NCBI GenBank assembly: GCA_964016885.1
Contig: OZ024743.1
Location: forward strand, 186,248,001 to 186,312,000
Reading direction: 5' to 3'
DNA: 64,000 nt
Origin: Eledone cirrhosa
Lineage: Eukaryota
Under the pieces are notes generated by a model. It was not told the DNA's origin. It ran no database searches and was given only the letters and a program-made list of their open reading frames with translations. Shown piece after piece: positions 13,283 to 25,963 of this stretch; positions within the stretch are counted from its first letter, which is position 1, and each line of letters begins with the position of its first letter. Position numbers and translations under genes: made by a program.

Positions 13283-13844
13283 CTGAAAAAAGGTGCAAAT
13301 AGTCATCAGAAATCATAAAGCAATTTAGGTCTTAGTTGTGACTTAATTAAAACATAGTTTCAGTTATTTGTGAATATCTGAAGATATTATTGAATTGTGA
13401 TTTTGGAAAAAGCTGTTGATTGAACCTGATTTGAGCAAATGTTTTCACTACATTTTTTTATGTACATTGCCTACTGGTAATAAGTGTCTTTCATTGTTGG
13501 CTAACTGTATTTGAGTTGATCTTGGCTTCTGTGTTTAGTGATTTTCTGCACTGACTTTGCATAAGATAAGGTTTAGTATATATATCATCGTCGTTTTTAT
13601 GTCAGCTTTTCCATGAATAGGACTTTTTGAGGGAATGTTTACAGCTGGATGCTCATCCTTACACCAACCCTTTTAGTTGCTTCTAACAACACAAAGAGAT
13701 ATGGTGTACTTATTCTAAATCAGATACCCTCCCCCCACATATATATTCTACTAAATTTGGAGAAAAGTTTTAATTGTGAAAATACTGATGTGCAAATCAA
13801 GATTATCTGATTCATCAGATTGCTGGAATCACCAATAATATTAA

Positions 13845-14055
13845 CACTCTAGCCATATCTGGCCTCTCACCTCCTTCACCTCTTTCAATTCAAATCAGCT
13901 GTAATTGGCCACTCATACTTATGTTAAGGTATTGTTCTTAAAATGAATAATATCAAAATTTCATAGATTCAATATTATGTGAGATAATTATGTGAGGTAA
14001 AGCCTTTACAATGAAAATATAATAGTAAATATAGAGTAATGTAAATGCTAAAAGG
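13845..14055. mobile_element. Degenerate TTAA-flanked piggyBac-like MITE
   Basis: ttaa-cactctagc ... aaatgctaaaagg-ttaa. Similar in reverse orientation to 23095-23293. Confidence 0.5.
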
Positions 14056-14151
14056 TTAATGACACCATTATCAAGATCATGTGTTGACATGACATCTAAA
14101 CAGGAAAATTAATCGATTTTAATAACAAAGTAAAAACTTATTAGTACTGAC

Positions 14152-14217
14152 CGTGGTTTTTGTGCTGGCAGTTATGATGATACCATTATGATCAATTACA
14201 AATACTGTATAGTTGGA
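14152..14217 (-). CDS. CACNA2D: alpha-2/delta exon (SNYTVFVIDHNGIIITASTKTT)
   Basis: tatttcag/gtcagt boundaries, 66 nt, phase 0/0. IDHNG matches the Cache-domain (L/I)D-N-N-G motif. Confidence 0.85.
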
Positions 14218-15221
14218 CTGAAATAGAAAGACAGATTAAATGGTATTTATTAAATTAGATATATATGATTTCTTTCACACATGCACACACAGGCACACAC
14301 ATACACACAAGCACACACACATATATACATATAGTTCAAGGAAACGACAAACAGAGGTACCAAAAATTTTATTAGTTTTATGCTCTATATGGAAAAGGGG
14401 AAAGAAAGTTCGATGTGTCAGGCTTTAGCCCTTCTTCAGGGGTACAAAAATAGAGACAGGATCACAAACGATATATATATATATATATATATACAGTACT
14501 AGAAAAAAACGTGGGGGAATAATAAAAGAAAAAAGGGACAGCGCGAAGACACATACTCACATGCCAAACAGGGGGTGCTGAAGTTTTCCTCTAATAGGTT
14601 TTGAGGCAAGCCAACACACACAGAGCATTGCAATAGGTGATAAACAAGACTAAGGCACTGGAATAGCCAAGTACACTAATGACACCACCTGTTACACTGA
14701 TAAGATCAGCTGCCAACAATGACAAGAACTTTGTCAGCGGCTCAGCTCTTGGAAATAGTTTGAAAACCAGCTTTGTTGAATTTTTTGCATCACATGATTC
14801 AGAAAAAAATAGTTTTACAGTAATTTACATGAAATAGTAAATTACTGTATTCTTTGGAGTTCTCTAGAAATGTTTACGATTGTATTTGTCAGTATTTTTT
14901 AAATTATGAGCCACCTTTGAGAAAGCTTCATTGCAGCTGCTCATACTGCTAGAACTAGTAGCCCACATCACATCCTACCATCTAGAAAAAATGATCACAT
15001 TAAGATAAAATTGTTCTAAATATAGAAAGAGAGGGTCACATCTGAAATACCTTTGATCTTAGTCTAAGGCTAAACACTAACATAGAGACACACTTAAAAA
15101 AAAAGAATGAGTATAAGTAGAATGATTATAATTTCTTACATAACCACAAGTTCCACAATTTAGGAGATGGGTATTGTTGATTTAATTGATTCCAGAACTT
15201 AACTGGTGCTTATTTAATTAA

Positions 15222-15405
15222 TTGTTTCTACTTTTTGACACAAGGCCAGCAAATACCCAGTGCATTACTGGTACTTTATTTTATCGACCCCGTAAGGATG
15301 ATAGGCAAAGTCAACCTCGGCGGGATTTGAACTCAGATCGTAAAGGGACGTAACTATGCTGGAAAGCATGGCGTCCAACCCTCTACCAATACTGCCAATC
15401 CACCA
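15222..15405 (-). mobile_element. tRNA-derived SINE (short subtype) inserted in an older SINE
   Basis: B-box gagttcaaatcc and core tttgcct(a/t)tcatccttacggggtcgataaaataaagtaccag. Flanking duplication tgcttatttaattaat. Confidence 0.8.
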
Positions 15406-15916
15406 TGCTTATTTAATTAATGATCAAAGATGATCTCAGCAGAAGTTCAACTCAGAAAATAAAAGGAAGGAACTAAATACTGCAAGGCATTTTGTCTGAG
15501 ATTCTAACATTCCTACCAATCCTCCACAGAATGCATAACTTTATAATTAACCCTTTTAATAACCAATCTTTCAAACGTGTTCATAATGAAAATCTAACTA
15601 AAACATGCATGTTAAATATTTCCATTGATAAACACTTATTGATAAACACATACCAATTGAAACTTATTGATACTTATTGATAAACACATACCAATGTATG
15701 AAGTTACAGATATTTTATTAAACCCCTCCTAAAACTTAGTTATACTGATAATTAATTGAAACATAAAGACAGTTTACCTGTCAAAATATAGCCATGAATG
15801 GGTTAAATGGGATTTTGCAAACTAAAGAGTGAATCTGTTTTGAAACACATGTCCCTCATATCAAATCATACTATCTTAAGTAGAGATCATGACAAAAAAA
15901 TAACAAAAAAACTTAC

Positions 15917-16122
15917 ATTATCACTATTGTGGATGGAACAGTATTTTCCATTTGGACAACCAAAAGTTTCACTGACCAGCTCATCAAATTTATGGAAAGA
16001 CATTTGATAACCAGATACGCCTGCCACAGTGTAATTCTGACGATCTCCCCCACCAGCGCACATAAGAATTGGAACACTCACAGTTATTGCTGTTGTATTT
16101 AAATCTGGGTATTGAAACCTTT
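15917..16122 (-). CDS. CACNA2D: alpha-2/delta exon (RFQYPDLNTTAITVSVPIL...VAGVSGYQM...CPNGKYCSIHNSDN)
   Basis: tag/gtaagt boundaries, 206 nt, phase 1 to 0, within ORF 15887-16147. Confidence 0.88.
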
Positions 16123-16289
16123 CTATATAAAACAAAAAAATAAACAAAACCGATTAATACATGGAATACAGATTAATTAACATTTATATTGATTTCTCTT
16201 TATTGTTTTCCTAGATAAACAAAACAAAGAATATAAAACTGTTTTATTAGAAGGCTACAGCAATGAAAGTGGGACATTAAATGTTTTAA

Positions 16290-16662
16290 ATAATTGTTTC
16301 TACTTTTGGCACAAGGCCAGCAATTATCCCAGTGTATTACTGGTACTTTATTTTATCGACCCCGTAAGGATGAAAGGCAAAGTTAACCTCGGCGGGATTT
16401 GAACTCAGACCGTAAAGGGACGTAACTATGCTAGAAAGCATGGCGTCCAACAATGATTTCTATTTTAGGCACAAAGCCAGCAATTTTGAGGTAGGGTAAA
16501 GTTGATTAAATCGACCCCAGTGCATTACTGATGCTTTATTTTATGGACCTCATAAGATGAAAGACAAAGCTAACTTTGGAGGCATTTGAACTCAGAATGT
16601 AAAGCACTGTAACTCTATGCTGTAAAGCACGGTGTCCAACACTCTACCAATACTGCCAATCT
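16290..16662 (-). mobile_element. Two adjacent tRNA-derived SINEs (long and short subtypes)
   Basis: The same core motif occurs twice. Confidence 0.78.
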
Positions 16663-17083
16663 ACAACCCTTTTCTTTTAATTAATATGAGGGTGACAGAT
16701 GAGTTCAATCTGCTGCTTTTAAATGTGTGTGTGTGTGTGTCAATATATATAGCAAGTATTCAGGAAAATCAAGGTCTATACTTAAATGAATAAATTAAAT
16801 TATCTATATAAACAAAACATTTTTACATCCCATCAGTTTACTTTCATGCGCAAGGCATGAGTTAGTAGAGGGATTTGATGGTATGTGGAATCCATAAAAT
16901 GCCCCTAATACACCATGTAAAGAGATTGTCATTAAGAAGGGCATCTAGCTGTAAAAACCCTACCAAAGATGAAGCGTATGAGCAAGACATGATTCTCCAA
17001 CCCATCTACATCTAATTTTTGATCCTGAATACCTGTCATGCCTTCACTGAAAACAGATGTATAATGATGATGATAATATATAT

Positions 17084-17117
<34 letters not shown>

Positions 17118-17119
17118 CA

Positions 17120-17390
17120 TCATCAACATCATTTCATTTTACATCCGCTTTTCCCTGCTTGCAAGGGTGGGACGGGAAGTGATTCTGGCTTGATTTCTAC
17201 GGCTGGATGCCCTTCCTAACACCAACCTCATTTACAGTGAGTGCTGGGTGCTTTTTTGCCGTGGCACCTCCACAACCACTTTGCAGTGGAATGATAGGGA
17301 CCCCAGTCCCTATCATCTCATTTCTACAGCTGAGTAAACTGGAGCAATGTGAAATAAAGTGTCTTGCTCAAGGAAACAACACATCACCTG
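17120..17390 (-). mobile_element. 5'-truncated SINE with RTE-type tail
   Basis: Near-identical to 45700-45950, with a (GAT)n tail. Confidence 0.75.
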
Positions 17391-17675
17391 GGTTATATGG
17401 GTCTTCACAGACCAAGTCAGTACTCAAGTGGAGCTCCTGACCTCACAGATAGACTGAGAGCATATATCTAGGAGGTTGTCATAGTCCTTGAAACAACTGA
17501 AAAGTCCTATATGTGGTTAATAATTATACAACTTCTCTCAATTTCTTAAACAAAACTAAGATGTAATGTTGCTCAGTTGTTGATTGTTTTCTCTAACAAA
17601 TGCCCAGCAATTTGATACTCACTCAACAAAACAACAACAGTGGCAGCAAAAAGAAAAGATTTCCAGGGTTCTTAC

Positions 17676-17830
17676 CATGTGCTTTCTGGCGAAATGTATT
17701 TATTGGCACTGAGAATGTATAAGTTTCATTGATCCCGTGTCGACATCTCATCTCATCTCTGGCTCTGCCCACTTCAACTGCTTGTTCATAATAATTGCTA
17801 CTGATTGTATCTTGCATCTCTAAAATGGTT
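17676..17830 (-). CDS. CACNA2D: alpha-2/delta exon (TILEMQDTISSNYYEQAVEV...TYTFSVPINTFRQKAH)
   Basis: tttattcag/gtaaga boundaries, 155 nt, phase 2 to 1. Y-x-x-A and F-S-V-P motifs. Confidence 0.87.
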
Positions 17831-18581
17831 CTGAATAAAATGTATTAACAAGTTTTAAGCACAATAACAATAGATAAATAAATAAATGGTTTAATTCACT
17901 ATTTTCTATAAGGATATATATATGGACACATATACATATATGCAATGCGCTCTCTCATGCATGCACAGACAAACCATGTATTTATATCACTGGGGCTATT
18001 TGACTAAGAATATCCCCATAGCATCCAAGAAGATTGCCAGAGAAAATTGAGGACCTAATCAGATAGATGAGATGGAAGGCTTACTTCTCACTCAATGTGA
18101 ATCTGAATACAGAGCTTTGCAACATTAGAATGCGAAGTGTTTCTCCAGGCAGCAAGTACCTATAATTGTTTGAAGCTATCATCCTGGACCTAATGCCCAA
18201 CATCAAGTTCCATAAGTTTCATACCCTTTCCAATGTAAATTCTCCTTAGCCTTTAAGAATTCTCAGGACCCTGGTCTGATGTACCAATTTATAAGCAGCC
18301 CTGCTTATATATACTATTTTAAATCTATAAACATTATAACTAAGGTCATATATGCCTCAATTAGAATGTAGAATGTAAATAAATTAAAACTAAGCCCATG
18401 CCCTCCACGAACCCTACTCACAAAATCATATCACATCAGCCATAAATTAAGTCCAATTACATCCTTCAAAACCATAAATATATAGATAGATAAAAGAATC
18501 AGTTGTATCAGATATTGCTACATATATAGTTTAAATAAAGATGATGGAAAGCCAGTAGAAAATAAATAACAAAATGCTTAC

Positions 18582-18662
18582 CCATCAGTTAATGTATCCA
18601 CAAACTGTTCGTATAGAAACAATCCAGAAGATGTTCCAACAAAAACAATTTCTACTCCTTTC
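18582..18662 (-). CDS. CACNA2D: alpha-2/delta exon (KGVEIVFVGTSSGLFLYEQFVDTLTD)
   Basis: ctcttctag/gtaagc boundaries. Resembles KGVEVAFLGTRTGL recalled from vertebrate alpha2delta-3. Confidence 0.9.
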
Positions 18663-19242
18663 CTAGAAGAGAAAACAAACATAATACCGTTATCTATATA
18701 TAAATTTGAGTGACTTCCGTCCGCCTGTCACACAATGTGTGTGTTTGTGTGAATGTATGTGTGTGTAAAAGGAAGGAAGGGGATGGTGAAAAAAATTACA
18801 GCAAAACAGCAGATGGTGTTCCATTTGCTATGCTGTATGTGAGTATATGTGTATGTGTTTTTTGTGTAAATGTATGTGTGTGTGTGAATGTATGTGTATT
18901 TGTGTGAATATATGTCTGTGAGTGTGTAGTTTTGTAAGTGTGTCTGTGTTTGTGCGTTTATATTTATATACTCATATAAATGTATGCATATGCACACACA
19001 CACACACACTCATGCACATTAAACAATTCTAGTTATACAAAAGCCACAAAAAACAAAAACAAAAAAACAACCATATATTATAAAACCAAAACAGTTAAAT
19101 AGGTGTTAGTATGCTTGATATACTGAGGTGAGGAATTTTAATTAATTAAGATTAATTAAATATGGAATGTAGTGGAGAATGATTTTGATGTTAAATATGA
19201 AATCAGTTGTTCTTCTGAATTTCTGTATAACATGAATGCATG

Positions 19243-19967
19243 TAAGTAGAGAAGGTGGCAGTTAGTGGTAGAAGGGTTAGATAAGAAGTAGAGAAGGTGG
19301 CAGTTAGTGGTAGAAGGGTTAGATAAGAAGTAGAGAAGGTGGCAGTTAGTGGTAGAAGGGTTAGATAAGAAGTAGAGAAGGTGGCAGTTAGTGGTAGAAG
19401 GGTTAGATAAGAAGTAGAGAAGGTGGCAGTTAGTGGTAGAAGGGTTAGATAAGAAGTAGAGAAGGTGGCAGTTAGTGGTAGAAGGGTTAGATAAGAAGTA
19501 GAGAAGGTGGCAGTTAGTGGTAGAAGGGTTAGATAAGAAGTAGAGAAGGTGGCAGTTAGTGGTAGAAGGGTTAGATAAGAAGTAGAGAAGGTGGCAGTTA
19601 GTGGTAGAAGGGTTAGATAAGAAGTAGAGAAGGTGGCAGTTAGTGGTAGAAGGGTTAGATAAGAAGTAGATAAGGTGGCAGTTAGTGGTAGAAGGGTTAG
19701 ATAAGAAGTAGAGAAGGTGGCAGTTAGTGGTAGAAGGGTTAGATAAGAAGTAGAGAAGGTGGCAGTTAGTGGTAGAAGGGTTAGATAAGAAGTAGAGAAG
19801 GTGGCAATTAGTGGTAGAAGGGTTAGATAAGAAGTAGAGAAGGTGGCAGTTAGTGGTAGAAGGGTTAGATAAGAAGTAGAGAAGGTGGCAGTTAGTGGTA
19901 GAAGGGTTAGATAAGAAGTGGAGAAGGTGGCAGTTAGTGGTAGAAGGGTTAGATAAGAAGTGGAGAA
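19243..19967. repeat. 42-bp purine-rich minisatellite, ~17 copies
   Basis: Unit aagtagagaaggtggcagttagtggtagaagggttagataag, nearly invariant. Confidence 0.95.
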
Positions 19968-20719
19968 ATGTAGTTAATGAGTTAATGAGAGAGAGAGAGA
20001 GGAAAAGTGACAAATTATGTTAGAGAGAGAGAGTGGAAAAGAGTAGGAAAAAGAGAGTTTGGGAGAGGGAGAGAGAGAGTGGAAGAGAGAGAGAGAGTGT
20101 GTGGAAGAGAGAGAATCGGAGAGAGAGAGTGTATGGAAGAGAGAGAGAGAAAGAGAGAGAGATCGACTGAATTAGCTACAAAATGGAGAATATATTAATT
20201 TTGCGATGAATATTTCTTTAGACACCAAACCAAGTGAACTAGCAGAAGAGATGAAAAATGAGAGGCATCTGGTATGTATGAGGGAAGGTGAGAAGTAGCT
20301 AACAAGAGAGAATGCTAATATAACACACACACACACTGGATGGCAGAATCAGACTCATCACCATCATTGTTTTTACATTGACTCTTCTCTGCTGGCATAG
20401 GTTGGATAGGATTTTTGAAGGCAATGTTTTACAGCCAGATGCCATTTCTGATACCAACCCTTATAGTCATTTCTTATGACAAGCAGGGATATAGTGAACC
20501 TATTTTAAATTAGACTGTTGAACAAACTTACTCTGGGCTATTTGGTTCCATCTTTGATATGCACTTTTACATTCAAGTCAACTTTTCAATCTAAATAATG
20601 AATTCAATAGAATATGTATGAAATAGAGTAGTTAGTTTGCTATAATTGACTAAAAATCCTTGAGGTCAGTTTCCTAGCATGACCACGGTTCATGGCTGGG
20701 TTTAAGGGCCATTATTATC

Positions 20720-20940
20720 AGTGGATTGGCAATATCGGTAGAGTGTCGGACACCATGCCTTGTAGCATAGAGTTACGGCCCTTTGTGTTCTATGTTCAAA
20801 TCCCGCTGAGGTTAACATTGCCTTTCATCCTTACGGAGTAAATGAAATAAAGTACCAGTAATGCACTGGAGTCAATTTAATGGACTTTCCCTTCCCCTTC
20901 AAATAACTGGCCTTGTGCCTAAAGTAGAAACTATTATTAT
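20720..20940 (+). mobile_element. tRNA-derived SINE (long subtype)
   Basis: gtggattggcaatatcggtagag head, core motif and ATT tail. Confidence 0.78.
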
Positions 20941-21639
20941 CAGTCTAATTCACCCCTTTCTGACAGCATCTTTTTCTGGTTACTTTCTGGTTACTTTCCA
21001 ATTTGACATTTCCCCCCATCCAGAGCATATAATCAGATACATTAACCCTCATGGAAAAACATCAATATTAAACAAACTCTATTATTCCCTTGTAGATGCT
21101 TCTGTTCACCTTTTTCTGTCTCCAGAGTATCTTATACGATTTTCTCAACTATTATTTATAGTAATCAAATCAACTGTTATTGCAGTCCTTTTCTGTGTTG
21201 GGATGCTCACATTTTTAAATATCAATATTAATGTTTTTGAATGTTCACTTCTATTGCCTTCTTACATAAGTAAAGAATGACACAAATAGAATGTGGGGGA
21301 AATAATGTGAAAGTAGAGATAGATGGTTGAACAAGATGTGAATTGAAACAAAGTGAACAAAAAGTGAAAATAGAAGACGTAGAAAAATTGTGTACACTGA
21401 ATATGATACTTCCAAATGAAATGAATGTTTAAGATTAAACCCTTTATCAAAGTAGAGTAAGAGAAGAAAAGAAATATGAATGAAAGAAGAAAAGTGTTAT
21501 GGTATGGTGCAAAGTGAAAGGGGGTGATAGTGAGCAGTTATGTAAATATGAATGTGCTGTTCATGCCTAAGGCAAGGAGATTCCAGAAGGAAGATGAGAT
21601 GTTGTTCTTTGTGATAATGAGAAGTGGGGAAGCTTTGAT

Positions 21640-22142
21640 GTGAAAGAACATCATAGACCTAGAGATTTGAAATAGTGTAGGCAGGTGAGTTGAAATGATG
21701 CTGCATGGTAGTGAGACATGGGCAGTGACTGCAGAGGATATGTGTAGACTGGAGAGAAATTAAGCAACCATGTTTCGTTAGATGTGCAATGTACACATGA
21801 GAGATAGGCAGAGCTTGGATGAGCAGAGGGAGAAACTAGGTTTAAGAGGAATCCAAGGTGGTATGCCAGAAAGAAGACTGCATTAGTACAGAAATGTGAT
21901 GTGCATGGATGATGATCGCTGGGTGTAGAAGTGCCAAGAAATTGCAGTGGAAGGAAGCCATAGTAGAGGTAGACCAAGGAAGACCTGGATGAAAGTGGTG
22001 AGAGTTGATCTAAAATTGCTGAGACTCACAGAGGAGATGATGAAGGAATGTGTCAAGTGGAGAGATGCTGTGCTGAAAAGGACTCATCCAACTCATGCAA
22101 GCATAAAAAATTAATGTAAAAACGATGTTGATTATGATGATA
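21640..22142 (+). mobile_element. Degenerate RTE LINE 3' fragment
   Basis: Remnant GRPRKTW coding (ggtagaccaaggaagacctgg) and GAT tail, similar to 42901-43354. Confidence 0.7.
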
Positions 22143-22671
22143 TATATATGTAAGTATGTATATGTTTGCTCATGAAATTAACATGTAAGTGGCTGAGCAT
22201 TCTAAAGATGTGAGCATGCTTAATGAAGCTCTCAGGGAGAATCAGCATGACATATTGTGAGACAATTACAGACATAAGTCACTTTTACCAGCTGAGTACA
22301 CTGAAGCAACGTGAAATAAACCAGGGAGCTCATTCAAAGATTTGGATGGGAAGTAGCCTACAGGGTTTATGTCTAAAGTTTTCATGACCTACAGTCAAAA
22401 TGCTTGAGCTTTCTAAGAAGCAAATAATTTAAAAAAAAGATACAAAAAGCATGAAATAGAAAAATCAAAAGATGACGAATAGCTCTATAAATAGAAATAA
22501 TTGATTGAAATTAAAATTTGAAAATTATAATATAAAATATGAATTGAAATAAAAGCATATAATAACATTGAAAATGGAAAAGAGAATCAATGAAAGATTA
22601 AAAAATCAATATTCTACATCAAAATATTACAATTATTCATGAAATATTTGAACAAGATATTTTGTACATAC

Positions 22672-22768
22672 TTTCTAGCCTTTTCCTTTTTTTTTTCTTT
22701 CCATCCTTTGAAGATTTTTACCAGGTTCTCAGCATCAAATGATAGAAGATTAACTAAATCTCGGTCAC
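22672..22768 (-). CDS. CACNA2D: alpha-2/delta exon (CDRDLVNLLSFDAENLVKIFKGWKEKKKEKAR)
   Basis: ttcttgcag/gtatgt boundaries. Matches the C-D-x-x-L-x-x-x-x-x-F-D-A motif. Confidence 0.88.
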
Positions 22769-23094
22769 CTGCAAGAAGATTCAATCAATTGCAGTCAAAA
22801 TTTTAGTTGCATTTAGTAATAAATCAACTGATCTGTATCAATGTTTGTGCAGTGTTGCACATATACTGAATGGATTTTATTTTACATATCCTTGTGTAAA
22901 ATATACTTAGAATAAATTCATTTACATTTGCATGTAAAATATTGAATTTATGTGTTTAAGTATATTTAAGCCAGTAACTATGTACACATTTGTGATGATT
23001 GGTAACAACTTATATGTATATATGTCTGTGAAAAACAATAACATTGATATTAAATTTATCAGAGTAATATAAAATAGTTGCCTGAAACAGTTAA

Positions 23095-23293
23095 CCCTTT
23101 AGCATTTACATTACTCTCTATATATATCGTATTTTGTGGTAAAAGCTTAATCTCACATAATATCGAATCGATGAGATTTTGATATCATTCATTTTGATAC
23201 TTTAACATCAGTATGAGTGGCTAGTTATGGCTGGATGGAACAGAAAGAGGTGAGGGAATTCTGGCAGATACAGCCAGTTTAAATGCTAAAGGA
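23095..23293. mobile_element. piggyBac-like MITE
   Basis: TTAA|ccctttagcattta ... taaatgctaaagga|TTAA. Confidence 0.65.
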
Positions 23294-23406
23294 TTAAGGC
23301 ATAGTTTTCTTTTAACTAGTTAAAATTTTTATTTTTGTAGGGAAAGGGAACATGAGTTAATATTATTGATATTGTATTTATTTATTTAATTGTTTATTTA
23401 TTTTAC

Positions 23407-23532
23407 ATATCAATTTGTGTACATTAGCATCCTTTGTTACAGTTTTCCAGGAAGTCAATCTCTGATTAATTGCATCACTGATGGTGAAGTGTCTGTTATT
23501 GAGTGCAAGAAGTATAATATATACATTCTTTG
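23407..23532 (-). CDS. CACNA2D: Probable alpha-2/delta exon (...HFTISDAINQRLTSWKTVTKDANVHKLI), acceptor uncertain
   Basis: The donor gtaaaa leaves a t that joins gt of the next exon to give the conserved Cys. Candidate acceptors at 23532 or 23477. Confidence 0.6.
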
Positions 23533-23595
23533 CTGATAAACATGAGCAAAAAATATACAAATGCATAGATACACACATAGATACATACATAGATA

Positions 23596-24007
23596 CATGG
23601 TGGCTGCCAACTCGTTTTCGAGTACGGCCACTACTTTATATCCATGTAGGAGAACCCCTACCAATGCGCTGAACGAGTGTGACATTTTAGTCCAGCCAGC
23701 GACTTGAAAACTCTGGTACAAACACTACACTTGTGACAATTATTGACACATAGTGCTGGGCCCATGGTACCATGTGACGACAAGTGCAGAGAGATCTCCA
23801 GATATAAAGCAATGCCTGTGCAGTGAAGCTTTTATAGTGAGCAAAGGCACTGCACAAAGCCAGTCCCACTCTCTTAACCAAGATAATATTTACCAAAAAG
23901 AAGAACAAGTCAACATCATTGGATACCATCAGGGTTGCAGGTGTTATATCAGAGTTTTCCTTCTCCTAGAATTCTGCCTTGACAAAGGCTAAGGGGTCAT
24001 CTCTCCC
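23596..24007 (-). mobile_element. Interspersed repeat with ATGT-type tail, second copy at 33540-33870 (+)
   Basis: Shared taggagaagg...ctgatataa, agagtgggactg and actcgaaa..gagttg(g)cagcca segments. Both copies sit in ATAC/ATGT tracts. Confidence 0.55.
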
Positions 24008-25624
24008 ATAGATACATAGATAGATACATACATACATAGATACATACATAGTTGTGTAGGAAACAGAGTAAAAAGGCTTCCAGTCCACACTAAATGTGGA
24101 AAACCTGCCAGATACAGTCCTATCTGGGCGAGACATGGTCACCTGATCAATCTTGCCTCAAGTGGGACAATTGCTGTCTAACCCATGCTAGCGTGGAAGA
24201 TAGACGATGATGATGATGATGATGATGATGATGGTGATACATACATATATGCATAAATACAAATAACATTCCAAGAGAAGCTATTTCAACTGAAAATGTG
24301 AACCTTCATTTATCACTGACTACTTGTTTAAAAACTGGGCATACCATTACCCACTGTTTCTTTGAAAGTAGAGTGAAGTTATTTAAAGAAATGTTATTTC
24401 AATACTGAACATAGCATTTTCTAATGTTCCCTTGAAATTAGAGTGAAAGGATTTGAGTCCTAGGCTAACCTGGCTCTAGCTGATAGTACCTGAAATGGGT
24501 TATGGACATCACTTCAAAATGTTAGGTTAGTTTTCAAACTGTATTGAGAAGGGAGAAAGGATGAAATGTAGCATTAGAAACCTTACCATCATTAATCAGA
24601 AATAATAAGCAGATATTTAATATGCAAGCAGGCCTGTGATGTGGCTTGCAGCCATGCAGAATGGAGACCTCTTATTGCCTAATGCTCAACGAGGAACAAA
24701 AAGAAACAAAGAAGAAGACTGTTAAACGGCAGTCATAGTTGAAGAATTAAGAAAAGAGTGTAAGTGAATTTAAAATGTTCAAAGAAAAAATTCTGAATTC
24801 TTACATTTATGAGGTGTTGAACGTTTTGCTTTCATTATACTTTCAAACATTGCAGTCATGTTGTGTTCGTTTTGGTTCTCACAGTATTTCCTATGAGATG
24901 ACAAGCAGATTAAGATATAAACAATTATGTCAATGTTTTAGGAATTTTTTTTCATATTTTATAATTGGACATACGTCATTGTGTGTAACTTATAAGCAGT
25001 GTTTTATATTTTTTAATTAATTATCCTTGACAAGGAGAGAATGTCACTGAGATAACAGCTATGTTTAATTTGCCAGCTACAACTAAAGATAGTTGAAACT
25101 TGGTATCTTGGAAGCGAGTTTCATCTGACAACATACTGATGGTGATGATGGTGTTGGTGGTGGTGGTGATGGGGAGAGATATGTAATAGGATTAGTGCCA
25201 GCACTTGTCACTTGGCTACTAAACAAGAATCATCAGCTTTTAGCAGTAGACCTTTGTACAAAATTCTCTACATTGGTTACAGAAATTGTGCAGCTATTTT
25301 GCCAAGCATAATCTATAATCACAAAATGATAAGGGTAAGAGATATGTCATCTACTCAACAGAGTAGATGACATATCTCTTCATTGTTAGCCAAGCTTTTT
25401 CATAGTAACCTCAAAGTATGTGTGGTATGGTTGCCCACTGACTCTTTAACTAAACCAGTATTGCTGTTATTAACCCTATAATCAATGCTGACTGCATTAC
25501 TGCCAACCATAATTCCAACAAATTAGTGGACAAAAGTTATTCATACAGACATTGATGGACAAACAGATAGCGGAGTTGCATAAACATATTCATATTTCTG
25601 TCTTATTTATTTAACAAAGATTAC

Positions 25625-25685
<61 letters not shown>

Positions 25686-25688
25686 TGT

Positions 25689-25730
<42 letters not shown>

Positions 25731-25920
25731 GTGCGCACGCCTGTGTGTGTGCGCACGCCTGTGTGTGTGCATGTGTAAGTATATGCTTATGTGAATGAGC
25801 CATTTAAAAAACTTTCTGTTATTTATTTCAAGTAGATGTGGTGTTATCTTTTAAATATTCATTGTTCAACTAAATGAATTGTGAAAAAAAAAAAAAAGAA
25901 ACAAAGCATAAACTACTTAC

Positions 25921-25963
25921 CATCTTGATAGCATAAATGATTTATCCCGAAGAACGTCTTTTC
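25921..25963 (-). CDS. CACNA2D: alpha-2/delta small exon (KDVLRDKSFMLSR)
   Basis: Strong gtcttttcag/gtaagt sites, phase-compatible with the upstream exon. Confidence 0.75.

Noticed and set aside
15551-15802. Third TTAA-flanked MITE
   Set aside because: The terminal inverted match is too short and degenerate to support.
19156-20013. 285-aa repetitive ORF
   Set aside because: Translation of the 42-bp minisatellite, with no splice or homology support.
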